The notes: generated by a model from the letters alone, not told the origin. Shown: positions 19,070-29,534, counted from the stretch's first letter. The stretch: DNA of 64,000 nt from Patescibacteria group bacterium (GCA_015493225.1 WGDO01000031.1:1355-65354); one strand, 5' to 3'. Numbers and translations: made by a program.

Positions 19070-21445
19070 ATGAAAAATATTAACAAAATTTTTAAGAATA
19101 AATTTTTGGTTGGATTGGGTGTGATGGTGTTTTTGGTATTGGTGATGAGGTTGTGGTCATTTGGTAATTTGTTGACTTTTAAGATGGATCAGGCGAGGGA
19201 TATTAAATTAATTGAGGAGGCCTATGATGGAGGGGTTGGTGAATTACCTTTATTGGGTCCGCGGGCGGCGAAAACTTATTTGCGACTTGGTCCGATTTTT
19301 TATTATTTTGAATATGGGGCGATGTTGATTTTTGGAGATCAACCTTGGTCGGTGGCGGTGCCGGACTTGATTTTTTCTATCTTGGCTATTCCCTTATTTT
19401 ATTATTTTTTGCGACAAGCTTTTAGTCGCAAGGTGAGTTTTTTGACGACGATAGTTTTTGCTTCGTCGTTTTTTCTTAATCAATACGGGCGATTTGCTTG
19501 GAATCCGAATTCCATTCCGTTTTGGAGTTTGTTGTATTTTTTGGGGATATATAAGGTAGTCAATCCCACTTCGCTGAAGCTTCGAGGGATAAAAAGTCAA
19601 AAGTCCATAAAATCTGTAAAGTCTATAAAGCCAAAAGTCGAAAGTTTACCCCGTCGAATGACTTTGGGTCGAAAGTCAGATGTTAATGTTTTTAATAGTA
19701 AAGGCAGTGATTTAAAAACCCCCCAAAATTTTCGTTCCTCAAATTTTAACCCCCTTTATACAGGGGGTGGTAAATGGTGGTTGTTGGTGGCGGTGATAGG
19801 TTATGGGGTGGCTAGTCAGTTGCATTTTACGGCAATGTTGGCATATCCTCTGATTGGGGGATTATTTGTATTGGTGATTGCGTTTTGGGAAAGTTGGAAA
19901 GAGGGTAATTCAAGAGAAAATAAAAATATATCAAAAAACAAAAAAATATTGTCAATTGACTACTTGACTATACGGGGTTTGAGGAGGTTTGTTTGGAGAT
20001 TGGGACAAGGAATTTCCTGGAAATATTGGTTGGGAGCGGTGATGATTTTGGGAGTGATGTATTTACCGATGGTTTTGAGTGAAATTTACACTCATGGAGA
20101 TAATTGGGTTCAGTTTAAGTATGCTTTGAGCGGGAGAGGGAAGCCTGAATTTTCTTTGTATGCGAAAATTATTCAGTCGGTGAAATTGCATAGTGAATAT
20201 TTTTGGTTTAGTTTAACGTCTTGGGGTGGAGGAGCAGGAACTGTTGGTTTGATTGGTTTTTTTGGTGTAGTGATTGGTGCTATATTTAGTGTATGGAAAA
20301 AATTTCAAGATACAAAATACAAGGTACAAACAAATTCCAAGATACAAGATACAAGGTACAAACAAATGACAAATGACAAATTACAAATGATAAATGATGG
20401 TGAGGAAATGACAAATGATATTGGTGTAAATAAAACAGAAAAACCCCCCAAAGTTTCTCGTGATCTCGAAACTTCCCCACTTCGTCAAAATGACTTCAAG
20501 GGGCAGGCGCCAGGGGTGGATGACAGAGTAATATTTTTTGTTTTGGTTGGTGTTTGGTGGATGGTGATGTTTTTGTTGTATACGAAGTTGGCGTTTAATG
20601 TGTTGAAACCGAGATATTGGTTATTGGAGGCGCCAATTTTTTTTGTGGTGTTGGCGGTTTTTTTGGAGGGGTTGTTTAGAAATGGGCTTAAGAAGATTAA
20701 GGGGAAATATGTTACTTATTTAGTGGTGATCGTTTTAGTAGGGATGAATTTGTGGGCGACGGGGAATTGGTATTGGGAATTGAAGAACCAAAAAGATAGT
20801 TCGTTGCCACTATGGCATTTGAAATTAAAAGACCAAAATAAAATTCCTTGGGGGCAATTGCAAAAAAGTGCAAATTATATTGAAAATTTATCTAAACAGA
20901 CGGATAAGGAGGTTTGTTTTTATACGACAGGAGAATATCGTCCGGTTTATGATTATATTTTTAAGCAACGGGGATTGAGTGAAAAAATTAGACGAATATC
21001 TTTTAGTAAGGATACAAATGATAATTGTTTGTTTATAGCCATTGATCATCATCAGCATAGAGAAACTCCGAGAATTCCAAAAGATCATAAAAATGAGTTT
21101 GAGAAAGTAGAGAAGAGGGAGGTTGGGTTTGTGACAATATGGCAAGTTAAAAAAAGAATACAAGAAACAAGACACAAACAAATTCCAAGGTACAAGAAAC
21201 AAGACACAAACAAATTCCAAGGTACAAGAAACAAGATGCAAATAAATGACAAAGCACAAACAACAAATGACAAGTCGCAAATGACAAATGACAGTGGGGG
21301 AATGACAAATGACAAATTACAAATGACAAATAACAGGGAACAGGGAGCAGTGAATAAGGAGCAGGGAGTAGAGAATAATAAAAAGAAAAAAGTTAAAAAG
21401 CCGAGGAGGGTTGAGAGGGTAAGGTGGAAGGACTTATTTAATTAG
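19070..21445 (+). CDS. ArnT/PMT-like polytopic membrane glycosyltransferase with repeat-derived insertions
   Basis: DQARD, PLLGP, LGPIFYY, RFAWNPN, QLH motifs; many TM helices. Confidence 0.85.
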   Translation: MKNINKIFKNKFLVGLGVMVFLVLVMRLWSFGNLLTFKMDQARDIKLIEEAYDGGVGELPLLGPRAAKTYLRLGPIFYYFEYGAMLIFGDQPWSVAVPDLIFSILAIPLFYYFLRQAFSRKVSFLTTIVFASSFFLNQYGRFAWNPNSIPFWSLLYFLGIYKVVNPTSLKLRGIKSQKSIKSVKSIKPKVESLPRRMTLGRKSDVNVFNSKGSDLKTPQNFRSSNFNPLYTGGGKWWLLVAVIGYGVASQLHFTAMLAYPLIGGLFVLVIAFWESWKEGNSRENKNISKNKKILSIDYLTIRGLRRFVWRLGQGISWKYWLGAVMILGVMYLPMVLSEIYTHGDNWVQFKYALSGRGKPEFSLYAKIIQSVKLHSEYFWFSLTSWGGGAGTVGLIGFFGVVIGAIFSVWKKFQDTKYKVQTNSKIQDTRYKQMTNDKLQMINDGEEMTNDIGVNKTEKPPKVSRDLETSPLRQNDFKGQAPGVDDRVIFFVLVGVWWMVMFLLYTKLAFNVLKPRYWLLEAPIFFVVLAVFLEGLFRNGLKKIKGKYVTYLVVIVLVGMNLWATGNWYWELKNQKDSSLPLWHLKLKDQNKIPWGQLQKSANYIENLSKQTDKEVCFYTTGEYRPVYDYIFKQRGLSEKIRRISFSKDTNDNCLFIAIDHHQHRETPRIPKDHKNEFEKVEKREVGFVTIWQVKKRIQETRHKQIPRYKKQDTNKFQGTRNKMQINDKAQTTNDKSQMTNDSGGMTNDKLQMTNNREQGAVNKEQGVENNKKKKVKKPRRVERVRWKDLFN
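19555..19770 (+). repeat. Composite in-frame insertion: family C (19564-19593), nonamer array, family F (19634-19671), family B (19714-19768)
   Basis: Each module recurs elsewhere in the window. Confidence 0.85.
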
Positions 21446-21784
21446 AGATTGAGAATTAAAATATGTTTTGTTTGAATTTTCAATTTGAAATTTGAAATTT
21501 GAAATGAATTTGAATTTTTTTAATTTAGAAACTAATTTTTTGTTTGCAGTTTACAATTTATGATATGCTGATTATTATTTATTGTTTTAAGAACTTAAAC
21601 ATTAAAAATTTTTATCTTTCATTTAGGGATGACACTTAGAACTTAAGGTTCTTTTAAATCACTTGCTTTCCCATTTCTTAAAAGGGATTAAACAGGGGTT
21701 TTAAAGTAAAAAATCGAAAAACCCCCAAAGTTTCTCGTGACCTCGAAACTTTAATCCCCTTTATACAGGAGGTATTAAAAGTGC

Positions 21785-21813
21785 TTGAAAAATGGGGGGA
21801 GTTGGCGTACAAT
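21785..21813 (+). promoter_or_regulatory. Sigma70 promoter upstream of hairpin A copy 3 and the pgsA-like gene
   Basis: TTGAAA-17-TACAAT. Confidence 0.6.
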
Positions 21814-21821
21814 GAATATTG

Positions 21822-21977
21822 TAGAATTTGTTTTGGATTTTTCTGATACCCCGTCAAACCTTCCAGATGTTATTTTCTCCCTGATGTTTGACTTTTTACT
21901 GATTGAAAAATGTGTCAAACATGCGTTTGAAAATAACATCTAGAAAGCTTGACTGATATTTATGGAGATAATCCTGA
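21822..21977 (+). repeat. Long hairpin element family A, copy 3 (stem 21853-21953)
   Basis: GTCAAACCTTCCAGATGTTATTTTC..GAAAATAACATCTAGAAAGCTTGAC. Confidence 0.9.
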
Positions 21978-22012
21978 ATTAATTAATGATTATTTTTTAA
22001 ATGTAATAAGTT

Positions 22013-22597
22013 ATGAGAAAAATAGATTATAACAAAATTACTAAAATTGATAGATTGTTGGAGAAAACTTTACTTAGGTTTATTCCTTATTCGGTGACGC
22101 CAAATCAAGTAACTTATTTAAGATTTATTTTAACGCCGATAGTGGGATGGTTGTTTTACAAAGAAATTTATGACTGGGGTTTGATTTTGTTTTTGCTAAC
22201 AATGTTAACGGATGCTATTGATGGGGCGATGGCCCGAACCAGGGACCAAATTACTGATTGGGGAAAAATTATTGATCCCTTGGCAGATAAATTGGCAGTG
22301 GGAACGGTGGCAGTTTTGCTAATCATTCGTTTTTTAAATGTGCAAATTGCCGGATTAATTATTATTATTGATATTTTAATAATGTTGGTGGGTGGATATA
22401 ATAAATATATTTTAAAAAGAGGAATTCAGGCAGAAATATTTGGAAAGATGAAGTTGATTACGCAGGTAGTCGGGATAGCTGTTTTATTATTGTATATTTT
22501 ATTGTCCTGGGGTTGGTTGTTGGTGTTGGCTAAATATATTCTATATTTAGCAATTGGGTTGGCGGTGATTAGTTTGTCGAGACCACATTCCATATAA
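22013..22597 (+). CDS. CDP-alcohol phosphatidyltransferase (PgsA-like)
   Basis: TPNQVT..R and D.IDG.MAR....T.WG..IDP.ADK signature. Confidence 0.92.
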   Translation: MRKIDYNKITKIDRLLEKTLLRFIPYSVTPNQVTYLRFILTPIVGWLFYKEIYDWGLILFLLTMLTDAIDGAMARTRDQITDWGKIIDPLADKLAVGTVAVLLIIRFLNVQIAGLIIIIDILIMLVGGYNKYILKRGIQAEIFGKMKLITQVVGIAVLLLYILLSWGWLLVLAKYILYLAIGLAVISLSRPHSI

Positions 22598-22940
22598 GTT
22601 AGCTTGCAATTTACAGTTTATGGTTTGTAGATGAGCGCATGGTTTATAATTAGCAGTGATTAAATTTAAAATTTAAAATTTTAAGTTCTAAATGAATAAT
22701 TAATTATGAATTTTGAATTTTTATTTAAACTTTTTATTTCTCATTAAAAATAACGACTTTTTCTTTTAGAATAGAATCTGTTATTATATATTTAATATTA
22801 AAGACTAATCATCTAAAACTCATTTAAAGTTTAAGACTTGAAAGCTGAACTGAAAAACCCCCAAAAATTATCGTTCCTCGAATTTTGACCCCCTTTACAC
22901 AGGGGATGTCCGAAGGGAGCTATTAGATAAATTAAATTAA

Positions 22941-23852
22941 ATGCCGAAGATAAATACACATCTTGATTTTGCTAATGAAGTGATTCAAAATATAGAGTCA
23001 TCAAAGTTGGCGGAAATTAATTCAAATAATAAAAGAGAGTTTTTAATCGGGAGTATTTTCCCTGATATTTTTTTCTATAGGATAAATAAGCGGTTATTTA
23101 AAATGTCCGAATATATTCATGGTAAAGAAGGAAACAAAACTAATGAATTGTTATTTGATATTTTAAATGTGGCCAAAGAAAAGCAAGATGAAAAATTATT
23201 AGCTTTTGTATTTGGTTTTGTAACACATATGGTTTTGGATATGAAATTACATCCATTGATTTATTATTTAGCCGGAAATTATTATGATGAAAACAAGGAG
23301 AGGCAAAGTGAGGCGGTTTATCAGCATATTAAATTAGAAACGATGTTGGACAAATCAATCGCTGGAAAAAATAATATTAATAGTCAACTTAAATCAGTAA
23401 AATTTCTAAAAATATTAAATGATGTTTTAAGTCAAAAAGAAATTTATTTTAAAGATATTCAAATTTCAAATAAAATAATTTTATTTATAGATAGTAAATT
23501 TTTGCCAAGAAGGAGTGTACATGGATTGGCTAGGATATTGGTAAAAATTAAATTATTAGATAGAAAATATTTGGGGTTATTTTATAATGAGGTAAAAAAT
23601 GAAAAGATTGATTTGGATAAGATGATGCAATATAGGGATTTAATTAATGGAGAGCAGAAAAAGGCTAGTTTTAATATTCTGTTGCAAGAAGCTTTGGAGG
23701 AGGTTATACTGAGAATAGAAATGGCATATAAATATTACAATGGCGAGACTAGTTTGAAGGAGGCAAAAAAGATTATAAAAGGGGAAAATTTAAGTGTTGG
23801 GAAAGAGGGGGTGGCGAGCTATGCTATAAAATATACAAAAGATAAAAAATGA
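22941..23852 (+). CDS. Zinc-dependent phospholipase C family protein
   Basis: MP...TH, GSIFPD, H, GF.TH..LD...HP.I, H..LE zinc-ligand pattern. Confidence 0.82.
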   Translation: MPKINTHLDFANEVIQNIESSKLAEINSNNKREFLIGSIFPDIFFYRINKRLFKMSEYIHGKEGNKTNELLFDILNVAKEKQDEKLLAFVFGFVTHMVLDMKLHPLIYYLAGNYYDENKERQSEAVYQHIKLETMLDKSIAGKNNINSQLKSVKFLKILNDVLSQKEIYFKDIQISNKIILFIDSKFLPRRSVHGLARILVKIKLLDRKYLGLFYNEVKNEKIDLDKMMQYRDLINGEQKKASFNILLQEALEEVILRIEMAYKYYNGETSLKEAKKIIKGENLSVGKEGVASYAIKYTKDKK

Positions 23853-24700
23853 AAATATTAACAAAAATTAGAAAAAGATTTTTGGTGACTGTGGAGGATG
23901 TTAAAAAATATTCTTCAGTTTCTAAGGAGTTGATAGATGATGAAAAAATATTGAACAAGGGATTTTTTTTGCAAGGGAGTAATGGGCAGGCAGTTATTTT
24001 GATGCATGGTTGGTCTTCAACTCCTTATACCATTCGAAAACTAGGTGAATATTTACATCAACAGGGTTATACGGTTATTGGTCCGAGATTAACTGGACAT
24101 GGTACAAAACCAGAAGATTTGCAGGGGGTAAAGTGGCAGGAGTGGCTAGATGATGTTGAAAAAGTTTACAAGGGAATTGTTGGAAAATATAATAAAATTT
24201 TTGTGGTTGGAACTTCTCTCGGTGGAAATTTGGCAATTTTGTTAGCGAGTAAGTTTCCACAAATTTCAGGTTTGGTTTTATTGGCAACGCCATATAAACC
24301 TAAGTCTAGAATAAAAACATATGTTTTTATATTTTTGGCAAAGGTATTTAGGATAAAATTATTACCAAAATATTATCCGGCTAGTATAAAAAGTTTAGGT
24401 ACGGCTATTACACCAATGGTTTCTTATCAAAAATACCCTGGGAGTAGTGTAGTGGAGTCTATGAAATGTATTTTAGTTTCTCGAAAAAAGATAGGAGCAA
24501 TAAAACAACCTTGTTTAATTATTCAATCAAGTGATGACCATATGATTTTATCAGAAAGTGCTGATAAAATTTATGAGGAAATTTCCTCAAAGGTAAAAGA
24601 AAAAAAATATTTGCAGAACACTTATCATTCTTTTATATCAGATGTGAATAGTCGATATGTTTTTAAGGACATTTATAATTTTTTGAAAGTCAATGGTTAA
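23849..24700 (+). CDS. Alpha/beta-hydrolase carboxylesterase/lipase
   Basis: HGW oxyanion region, GHGT, GTSLGG nucleophile elbow, D and H of the triad. Confidence 0.88.
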   Translation: MKILTKIRKRFLVTVEDVKKYSSVSKELIDDEKILNKGFFLQGSNGQAVILMHGWSSTPYTIRKLGEYLHQQGYTVIGPRLTGHGTKPEDLQGVKWQEWLDDVEKVYKGIVGKYNKIFVVGTSLGGNLAILLASKFPQISGLVLLATPYKPKSRIKTYVFIFLAKVFRIKLLPKYYPASIKSLGTAITPMVSYQKYPGSSVVESMKCILVSRKKIGAIKQPCLIIQSSDDHMILSESADKIYEEISSKVKEKKYLQNTYHSFISDVNSRYVFKDIYNFLKVNG

Positions 24701-25487
24701 TTATCGGAAAAAATTTAAAATTACAAAAGAAGTGGCGGAAGCTTGGGAACAAGAGTCTATTTTTTTGGCTGGGCAAAATGATGTTTTGATTATTTTAGTG
24801 CATGGTTGGTCTTTAACACCACGGCAAATGTTAGGCTTGGCGAAACATTTAAACAAAAAAGGTTATTCAGTAAGCTTGCCTCGGTTATTAGGACATGGAA
24901 CTAAACCGGAGGATTTGGAACAAACGAAATGGCGAGATTGGGTTGGGGCTTTGGTGAAAGAAATTAGAAAACAAAAGCAAAAAAATAAATTTAGGAAAAT
25001 TATAATTGGGGGGACATCAATGGGTGGTAATGTTTGTTTATTGGCTAGTTTAGTAGCGCGGGTTGATGGACTTGTTTTGATTGGTGTTCCGGTGCATTTT
25101 AAAAATCATTTTTTTATTAAACTTGGTTCTATTGCAGTTCCATTTTTTAGAAAATATGTTAAGAAAATTCATCCCCAAAAGATAAAGTTTAATCCAAAAG
25201 ATAGTTATCAATATTTTCCGATGAAAAATTCTAGACAAGTTTTATATTTGGTACGAAATTCTGTTTTTTCCCTTAAAAAAGTGACAGCGCCACTTTTAGT
25301 TTTACAAACCAGAAAAGATTTTTTTGTGACGAAGTATTCACCATGGATTATTTATAAAAATGTATCTTCTAGAATCAAGAAAATGCAATGGTTGGAGACT
25401 GAGTCGGAAAATCATGTGCCCCAGGGAGAAGAAGTTGGGAGAATGGCGAAGTTTGTGGAGGAGTTTGTGGAAGATGTTTGTTTTTGA
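24693..25487 (+). CDS. Alpha/beta-hydrolase carboxylesterase/lipase (paralogue)
   Basis: HGW, GHGTKPEDL, GTSMGG, D and H; overlaps the upstream gene. Confidence 0.88.
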   Translation: MVNYRKKFKITKEVAEAWEQESIFLAGQNDVLIILVHGWSLTPRQMLGLAKHLNKKGYSVSLPRLLGHGTKPEDLEQTKWRDWVGALVKEIRKQKQKNKFRKIIIGGTSMGGNVCLLASLVARVDGLVLIGVPVHFKNHFFIKLGSIAVPFFRKYVKKIHPQKIKFNPKDSYQYFPMKNSRQVLYLVRNSVFSLKKVTAPLLVLQTRKDFFVTKYSPWIIYKNVSSRIKKMQWLETESENHVPQGEEVGRMAKFVEEFVEDVCF

Positions 25488-25539
25488 TACTACGAATCTA
25501 CAAATCTATTACGAATTTACAAATGTACGAATTGTGATT

Positions 25540-25800
25540 TTTAAATCCTAATTTCTAAAGCCTAAACCCTAAACAATACTAAATTTCAAAATTCAAATGT
25601 TTCAAACAAGAGATATTACAGTTTTGAATTTTAGAATTAAATAATTTGAATTTGTTTAGAATTTAGAAATTAGGATTTAGTATTTTAATCAAAATTCAAA
25701 ATTTAAAATTCATTTAGAACTTAAAATTTAAAACTTAAAATTCTTAAAAACCCCCCAAAATTTTCGTTCCTCAAATTTTGACCCTCTTTACACAGGGGGT
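25540..25800. repeat. Heptamer arrays in inverted arrangement followed by a family B element (25746-25800)
   Basis: AAATCCT/AATTTCT arm vs AGAATTT/AGGATTT arm; AAAAACCCCCCAAAATTTTCGTTCCTCAAATTTTGACCCTCTTTACACAGGGGGT. Confidence 0.8.
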
Positions 25801-25820
25801 AGTCAAGGAAAATTCACTGT

Positions 25821-27968
25821 CTACTCATTATGAATAAGTGCATCAAGTTTTTCCAGTTCTGCTTTGAGGGCTGGGAGTTTTTTTAATTTTGGGTCGAATT
25901 CCAGGACTCTTTGGGCCTCCTGGCGGGCCTGTTGAATGGTTTTAACATCGGAGAGAGACTCCATGGCAATGTCTGGGATTCCGGATTGGGCAGTACCCAT
26001 AAATTGTCCTGGTCCACGAAGTTTAAGATCGGCTTCGGATATTTTAAAGCCATCGTTAGTTTTTTCCAGAACCCTAAGACGGGCGGTGGTGTTGGCAACA
26101 TTGTCGGAAGTAAATAGAAAACAATAGGATTGATGTTTACCTCGGCCAACTCGTCCTCGAAATTGATGAAGTTGAGCCAAGCCAAATCTTTCGGCTCCTT
26201 CAATAATCATAATAGTGGCGTTGGGAATATCTACGCCAACTTCTACGACGGAGGTGGATACCAGAATGTCCAATTTTTTGTTTTTGAAATTTTGCATTAT
26301 TTTATTTTTTTCGGCTGGTTTCATTTTACCGTGCAAAAGTCCTAGTTTAAATTCTGGGAAAATTTCTTTTTGTAGTCGCTGGTGTTCTTCGGTGGCGGCT
26401 TTTACTTCTGATATTTTGGAAGTTTCAGTTACTAGGGGAAAAATTATAAAAACCTGACGACCTTGTTGGACGGATTGTTTGATGAATTGATAAATTTGGA
26501 CTCTGCCTTGCGGTTTAATTACTTTGGTAATAATTTTCTTTCGGCCGGCGGGGAATTCATCAATAATGGATAGGTCTAGATTTCCGAAGGCGGCTAGGGA
26601 TAAGGTACGGGGAATGGGTGTGGCAGTCATACTGAGTAGATGAGGTATTTCTTTTTTTTCTTTTTCTTTTTGAAGAGTTTCTTGTTGCAAATGGGCTCGT
26701 TGACGAACACCAAAGCGATGTTGTTCGTCAATAATTATTAAGCCGAGATTTTTAAAAATAACATCTTTTTGAATAATAGCATGGGTACCAATGAGTAAAT
26801 CTATTTTCCCCTGGGCTAATTTTTCTAGTAATTTTTTACGGGTGATTTTTTTACTTGGTTGATTGGCTGGAGCGCAGTGTACTTCGGAGCGGGTAAGAAT
26901 AGCAATGGTAAAATCAAGTTTACGGAAAAACTTTCTAAGGCCTTTGTAATGTTGTACTGCTAAAACTTCGGTGGGAGTCAGAAGGGCTGCTTGGTAAAGC
27001 TGATTTACAACGGAAAGAGTCGCAATGGCAGAAACAACTGTTTTTCCTGTTCCAACATCTCCTTCCAAGAGGCGATTCATCGGTTGAGGTTTTTCTAAAT
27101 CTTTAATAATTTGCCAGGTACATTTTTTTTGGGAGTTGGTCAGGGTAAAGGGAAGAGATTTTACGAATGCTTTGATAAAATCTTCGTTAAAGGGAATTGG
27201 TGGCGCTGATTTTTGTTGCCAATCTTTTTTTAATAAAAGAGTTTTTAATTGAATAAGGAATATTTTTTCAAAAGCAAATCGTTTTTTAGCCAGTTCTGCT
27301 TCTTCTTGATTGCGGGGAAAATGAATGTGTTGCAGGGCCGTGGGTAGGTCGATTAAATTTTGTGATTCCAAAATGTCATTGGGAATAAAATCATTAATTT
27401 CTACTTGGGGCAAGAGGTCTTTCATAATACGACGAAACCAAAAACTTTTTAGGCCAGCTGTTTCGTGATAAACTGGCGCCATGATGCCAGTGTTGTAGCT
27501 GTCATCATCATCTACTTGAATAATTGTTTCTTCTTGTTCTCGTTGAAGGGCGCTAACGGGGATGAACTCAAAATTGGGGTGGGAAAAAAAGGCTTCTTGT
27601 TTTTTATCAACGGAAATTTTTCCACTAAGACGAATAGCTTTACCTTCTCGGAGATAGCGAAGGGGGGCAGGAGTGTTAAACCAGGTGGCTTTGATATTGC
27701 CGGTGTCGTCTTCGATATAGGCTTCGGTAATAGTCATTCGTCGTTTCCAGGCTTGGGAAGTTTTGACATTGGTGACTCGTCCTTGAACGGTGATGGTTTC
27801 ACCAATGCGGATTTGGTCTATTTTTTTAAATTCGGAAAAATCGTCATAGCGATGAGGCAAATGATACAAAAAATCACCGACAGTTTTAATGCCGAGATTT
27901 TCCAGCTTAGTTAAATATTTTTTGCCGACGCCGTTGACCACATCGATTGGTTCGTTCATTTTTAGCAT
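25821..27968 (-). CDS. recG: ATP-dependent DNA helicase RecG
   Basis: Wedge domain, GDVGTGKT, DEQHRFG, MTATPIPR, QLHQFRGRVGRG, DLKLRGPG. Confidence 0.97.
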   Translation of the reverse strand: MLKMNEPIDVVNGVGKKYLTKLENLGIKTVGDFLYHLPHRYDDFSEFKKIDQIRIGETITVQGRVTNVKTSQAWKRRMTITEAYIEDDTGNIKATWFNTPAPLRYLREGKAIRLSGKISVDKKQEAFFSHPNFEFIPVSALQREQEETIIQVDDDDSYNTGIMAPVYHETAGLKSFWFRRIMKDLLPQVEINDFIPNDILESQNLIDLPTALQHIHFPRNQEEAELAKKRFAFEKIFLIQLKTLLLKKDWQQKSAPPIPFNEDFIKAFVKSLPFTLTNSQKKCTWQIIKDLEKPQPMNRLLEGDVGTGKTVVSAIATLSVVNQLYQAALLTPTEVLAVQHYKGLRKFFRKLDFTIAILTRSEVHCAPANQPSKKITRKKLLEKLAQGKIDLLIGTHAIIQKDVIFKNLGLIIIDEQHRFGVRQRAHLQQETLQKEKEKKEIPHLLSMTATPIPRTLSLAAFGNLDLSIIDEFPAGRKKIITKVIKPQGRVQIYQFIKQSVQQGRQVFIIFPLVTETSKISEVKAATEEHQRLQKEIFPEFKLGLLHGKMKPAEKNKIMQNFKNKKLDILVSTSVVEVGVDIPNATIMIIEGAERFGLAQLHQFRGRVGRGKHQSYCFLFTSDNVANTTARLRVLEKTNDGFKISEADLKLRGPGQFMGTAQSGIPDIAMESLSDVKTIQQARQEAQRVLEFDPKLKKLPALKAELEKLDALIHNE

Positions 27969-27979
27969 AATAGAGTTTT

Positions 27980-29077
27980 TTATACAGAAGTTTTTAATTT
28001 TTTATCTCTTTGATGTCTGGAAATTGCTAATTGAATTAATTTATCTAGTAACTTAGAGTAAGAAAGTCCACTTTTTTCCCATAATTTTGGGTACATACTA
28101 ATAGGAGTAAACCCGGGAATGGTATTGATTTCATTTACAAATATTTTATTATCTGCTGTGAGAAAAAAATCGACCCTACCCATACCTTCACAACAAAGTG
28201 TTTTAAATGATTTTATGGCTAACTCTTGAATTTTTTTAGTAGTAGTTTTTGAGATATTTGCTGGTATGGCCATTTCTGCCCCATTTTCATCAAGATATTT
28301 TGCGTCATATGAATAAAAATCTTGTGTAGGAATTATCTCTCCAAGGATAGAGGCAGTTGGATTTTCGTTACCTAATACTGCACATTCAATTTCTTTTCCC
28401 TCAATACCTTCTTCGATAATAACTTTATTGTCATATAGGAAAGCCTCCTGGATTGCTTTTTCAAAATCTTTGTTTTTGTTCACCTTACTAATGCCTACTG
28501 ATGAGCCTAGATTTGCTGGTTTTACAAAGAATGGTAGACCTAATAATTTTTTGAGATTATCAAAAGATATATTTTTTTTATTATCTTTTCGATAAGTTGC
28601 AAACTTGACAATTGGAATACCCGCCTCCTTTAGTAGTTTTTTAGAGATATCTTTGTCCATATTGATTGCAGAACTTAAAATGCTGGGACCGACAAAGGGG
28701 ACATCCAACATTTTTAAAAGACCTTGGATTGTTCCATCTTCTCCAAATGGGCCATGTAAAATTGGAAAAACTACATTGACTTCTTTTTTCCCTATTCCTA
28801 TTTCTTGTAAAAAGTTACTATTTTTTTGATGAGTAATTTTTTGTGCGTGGGCTTTGTCTTTAGGAGCTTTTTGTTCTAACAGTAGATTGCCACTTAGTAA
28901 TGCTTCTTTGTCAATATTTAACCAATCTCCTTTCTTGCTAATACCAATAAGAGAAATATTATATTTATCTTTGTCAATTGCCTCTACGATGCTTTTGGCT
29001 GAAAGAATTGATACTTCATGTTCGGCAGATTTCCCTCCAAAAATAATAGTTAAATTTATTTTTTTATTTTTAGGCAT
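27980..29077 (-). CDS. ddl: D-alanine--D-alanine ligase
   Basis: GGKSAEHEVS, HGPFGEDG, GSSVG, YSYDAKY, NEINTIPG. Confidence 0.96.
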   Translation of the reverse strand: MPKNKKINLTIIFGGKSAEHEVSILSAKSIVEAIDKDKYNISLIGISKKGDWLNIDKEALLSGNLLLEQKAPKDKAHAQKITHQKNSNFLQEIGIGKKEVNVVFPILHGPFGEDGTIQGLLKMLDVPFVGPSILSSAINMDKDISKKLLKEAGIPIVKFATYRKDNKKNISFDNLKKLLGLPFFVKPANLGSSVGISKVNKNKDFEKAIQEAFLYDNKVIIEEGIEGKEIECAVLGNENPTASILGEIIPTQDFYSYDAKYLDENGAEMAIPANISKTTTKKIQELAIKSFKTLCCEGMGRVDFFLTADNKIFVNEINTIPGFTPISMYPKLWEKSGLSYSKLLDKLIQLAISRHQRDKKLKTSV

Positions 29078-29197
29078 ATTGTTTGAATATTAATTAAATA
29101 TTTTTTGCTGACGCCAGTGATGGAGGCGACGGAATCGGTGCTTTAAAGCATGAAAGGGATTAATTAACGGAAAAGGCTTTTTGATATTTGGTAAATT

Positions 29198-29273
29198 TGG
29201 TGCTCTCGGTAGGAGTTGAACCTACGACCTTTCGGACCGCAACCGAACGCTCTATCCACTGAGCTACGAGAGC
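29198..29273 (-). tRNA. tRNA-Arg (anticodon GCG), CCA encoded
   Basis: 76-nt cloverleaf: acceptor GCTCTCG/CGAGAGC, anticodon arm TTCGG-TTGCGGT-CCGAA, T arm GTAGG-TTCAACT-CCTAC, ACCA end. Confidence 0.95.
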
Positions 29274-29534
29274 AAATTATTTTTTACAACTTTTTCCCAC
29301 CTCACTTTCACTAAGCGGAGTTTATCCTCCGGAGCAACTGCGAAGGAGGAAGAGCAAGTAATTAATTTCCAAGATACAAATTACAAGATACAAACAAATC
29401 CCAAACCCCAATAATCAATGTTTGAAACTGTGGTTGTTCTGCGAAGCCGTTTAGGCGAAGTGGGGAAACTGCAAACTAGCAATAAACTAAGCCTAGCAAA
29501 AATTATGGGGCTAGTCAATAATTTAAAATTTCTT

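Noticed and set aside
12053-21375. Short tandem arrays (12053-12142, 18288-18435, 21155-21375) as CRISPR
   Set aside because: No constant repeat separated by unique spacers, and no cas genes.
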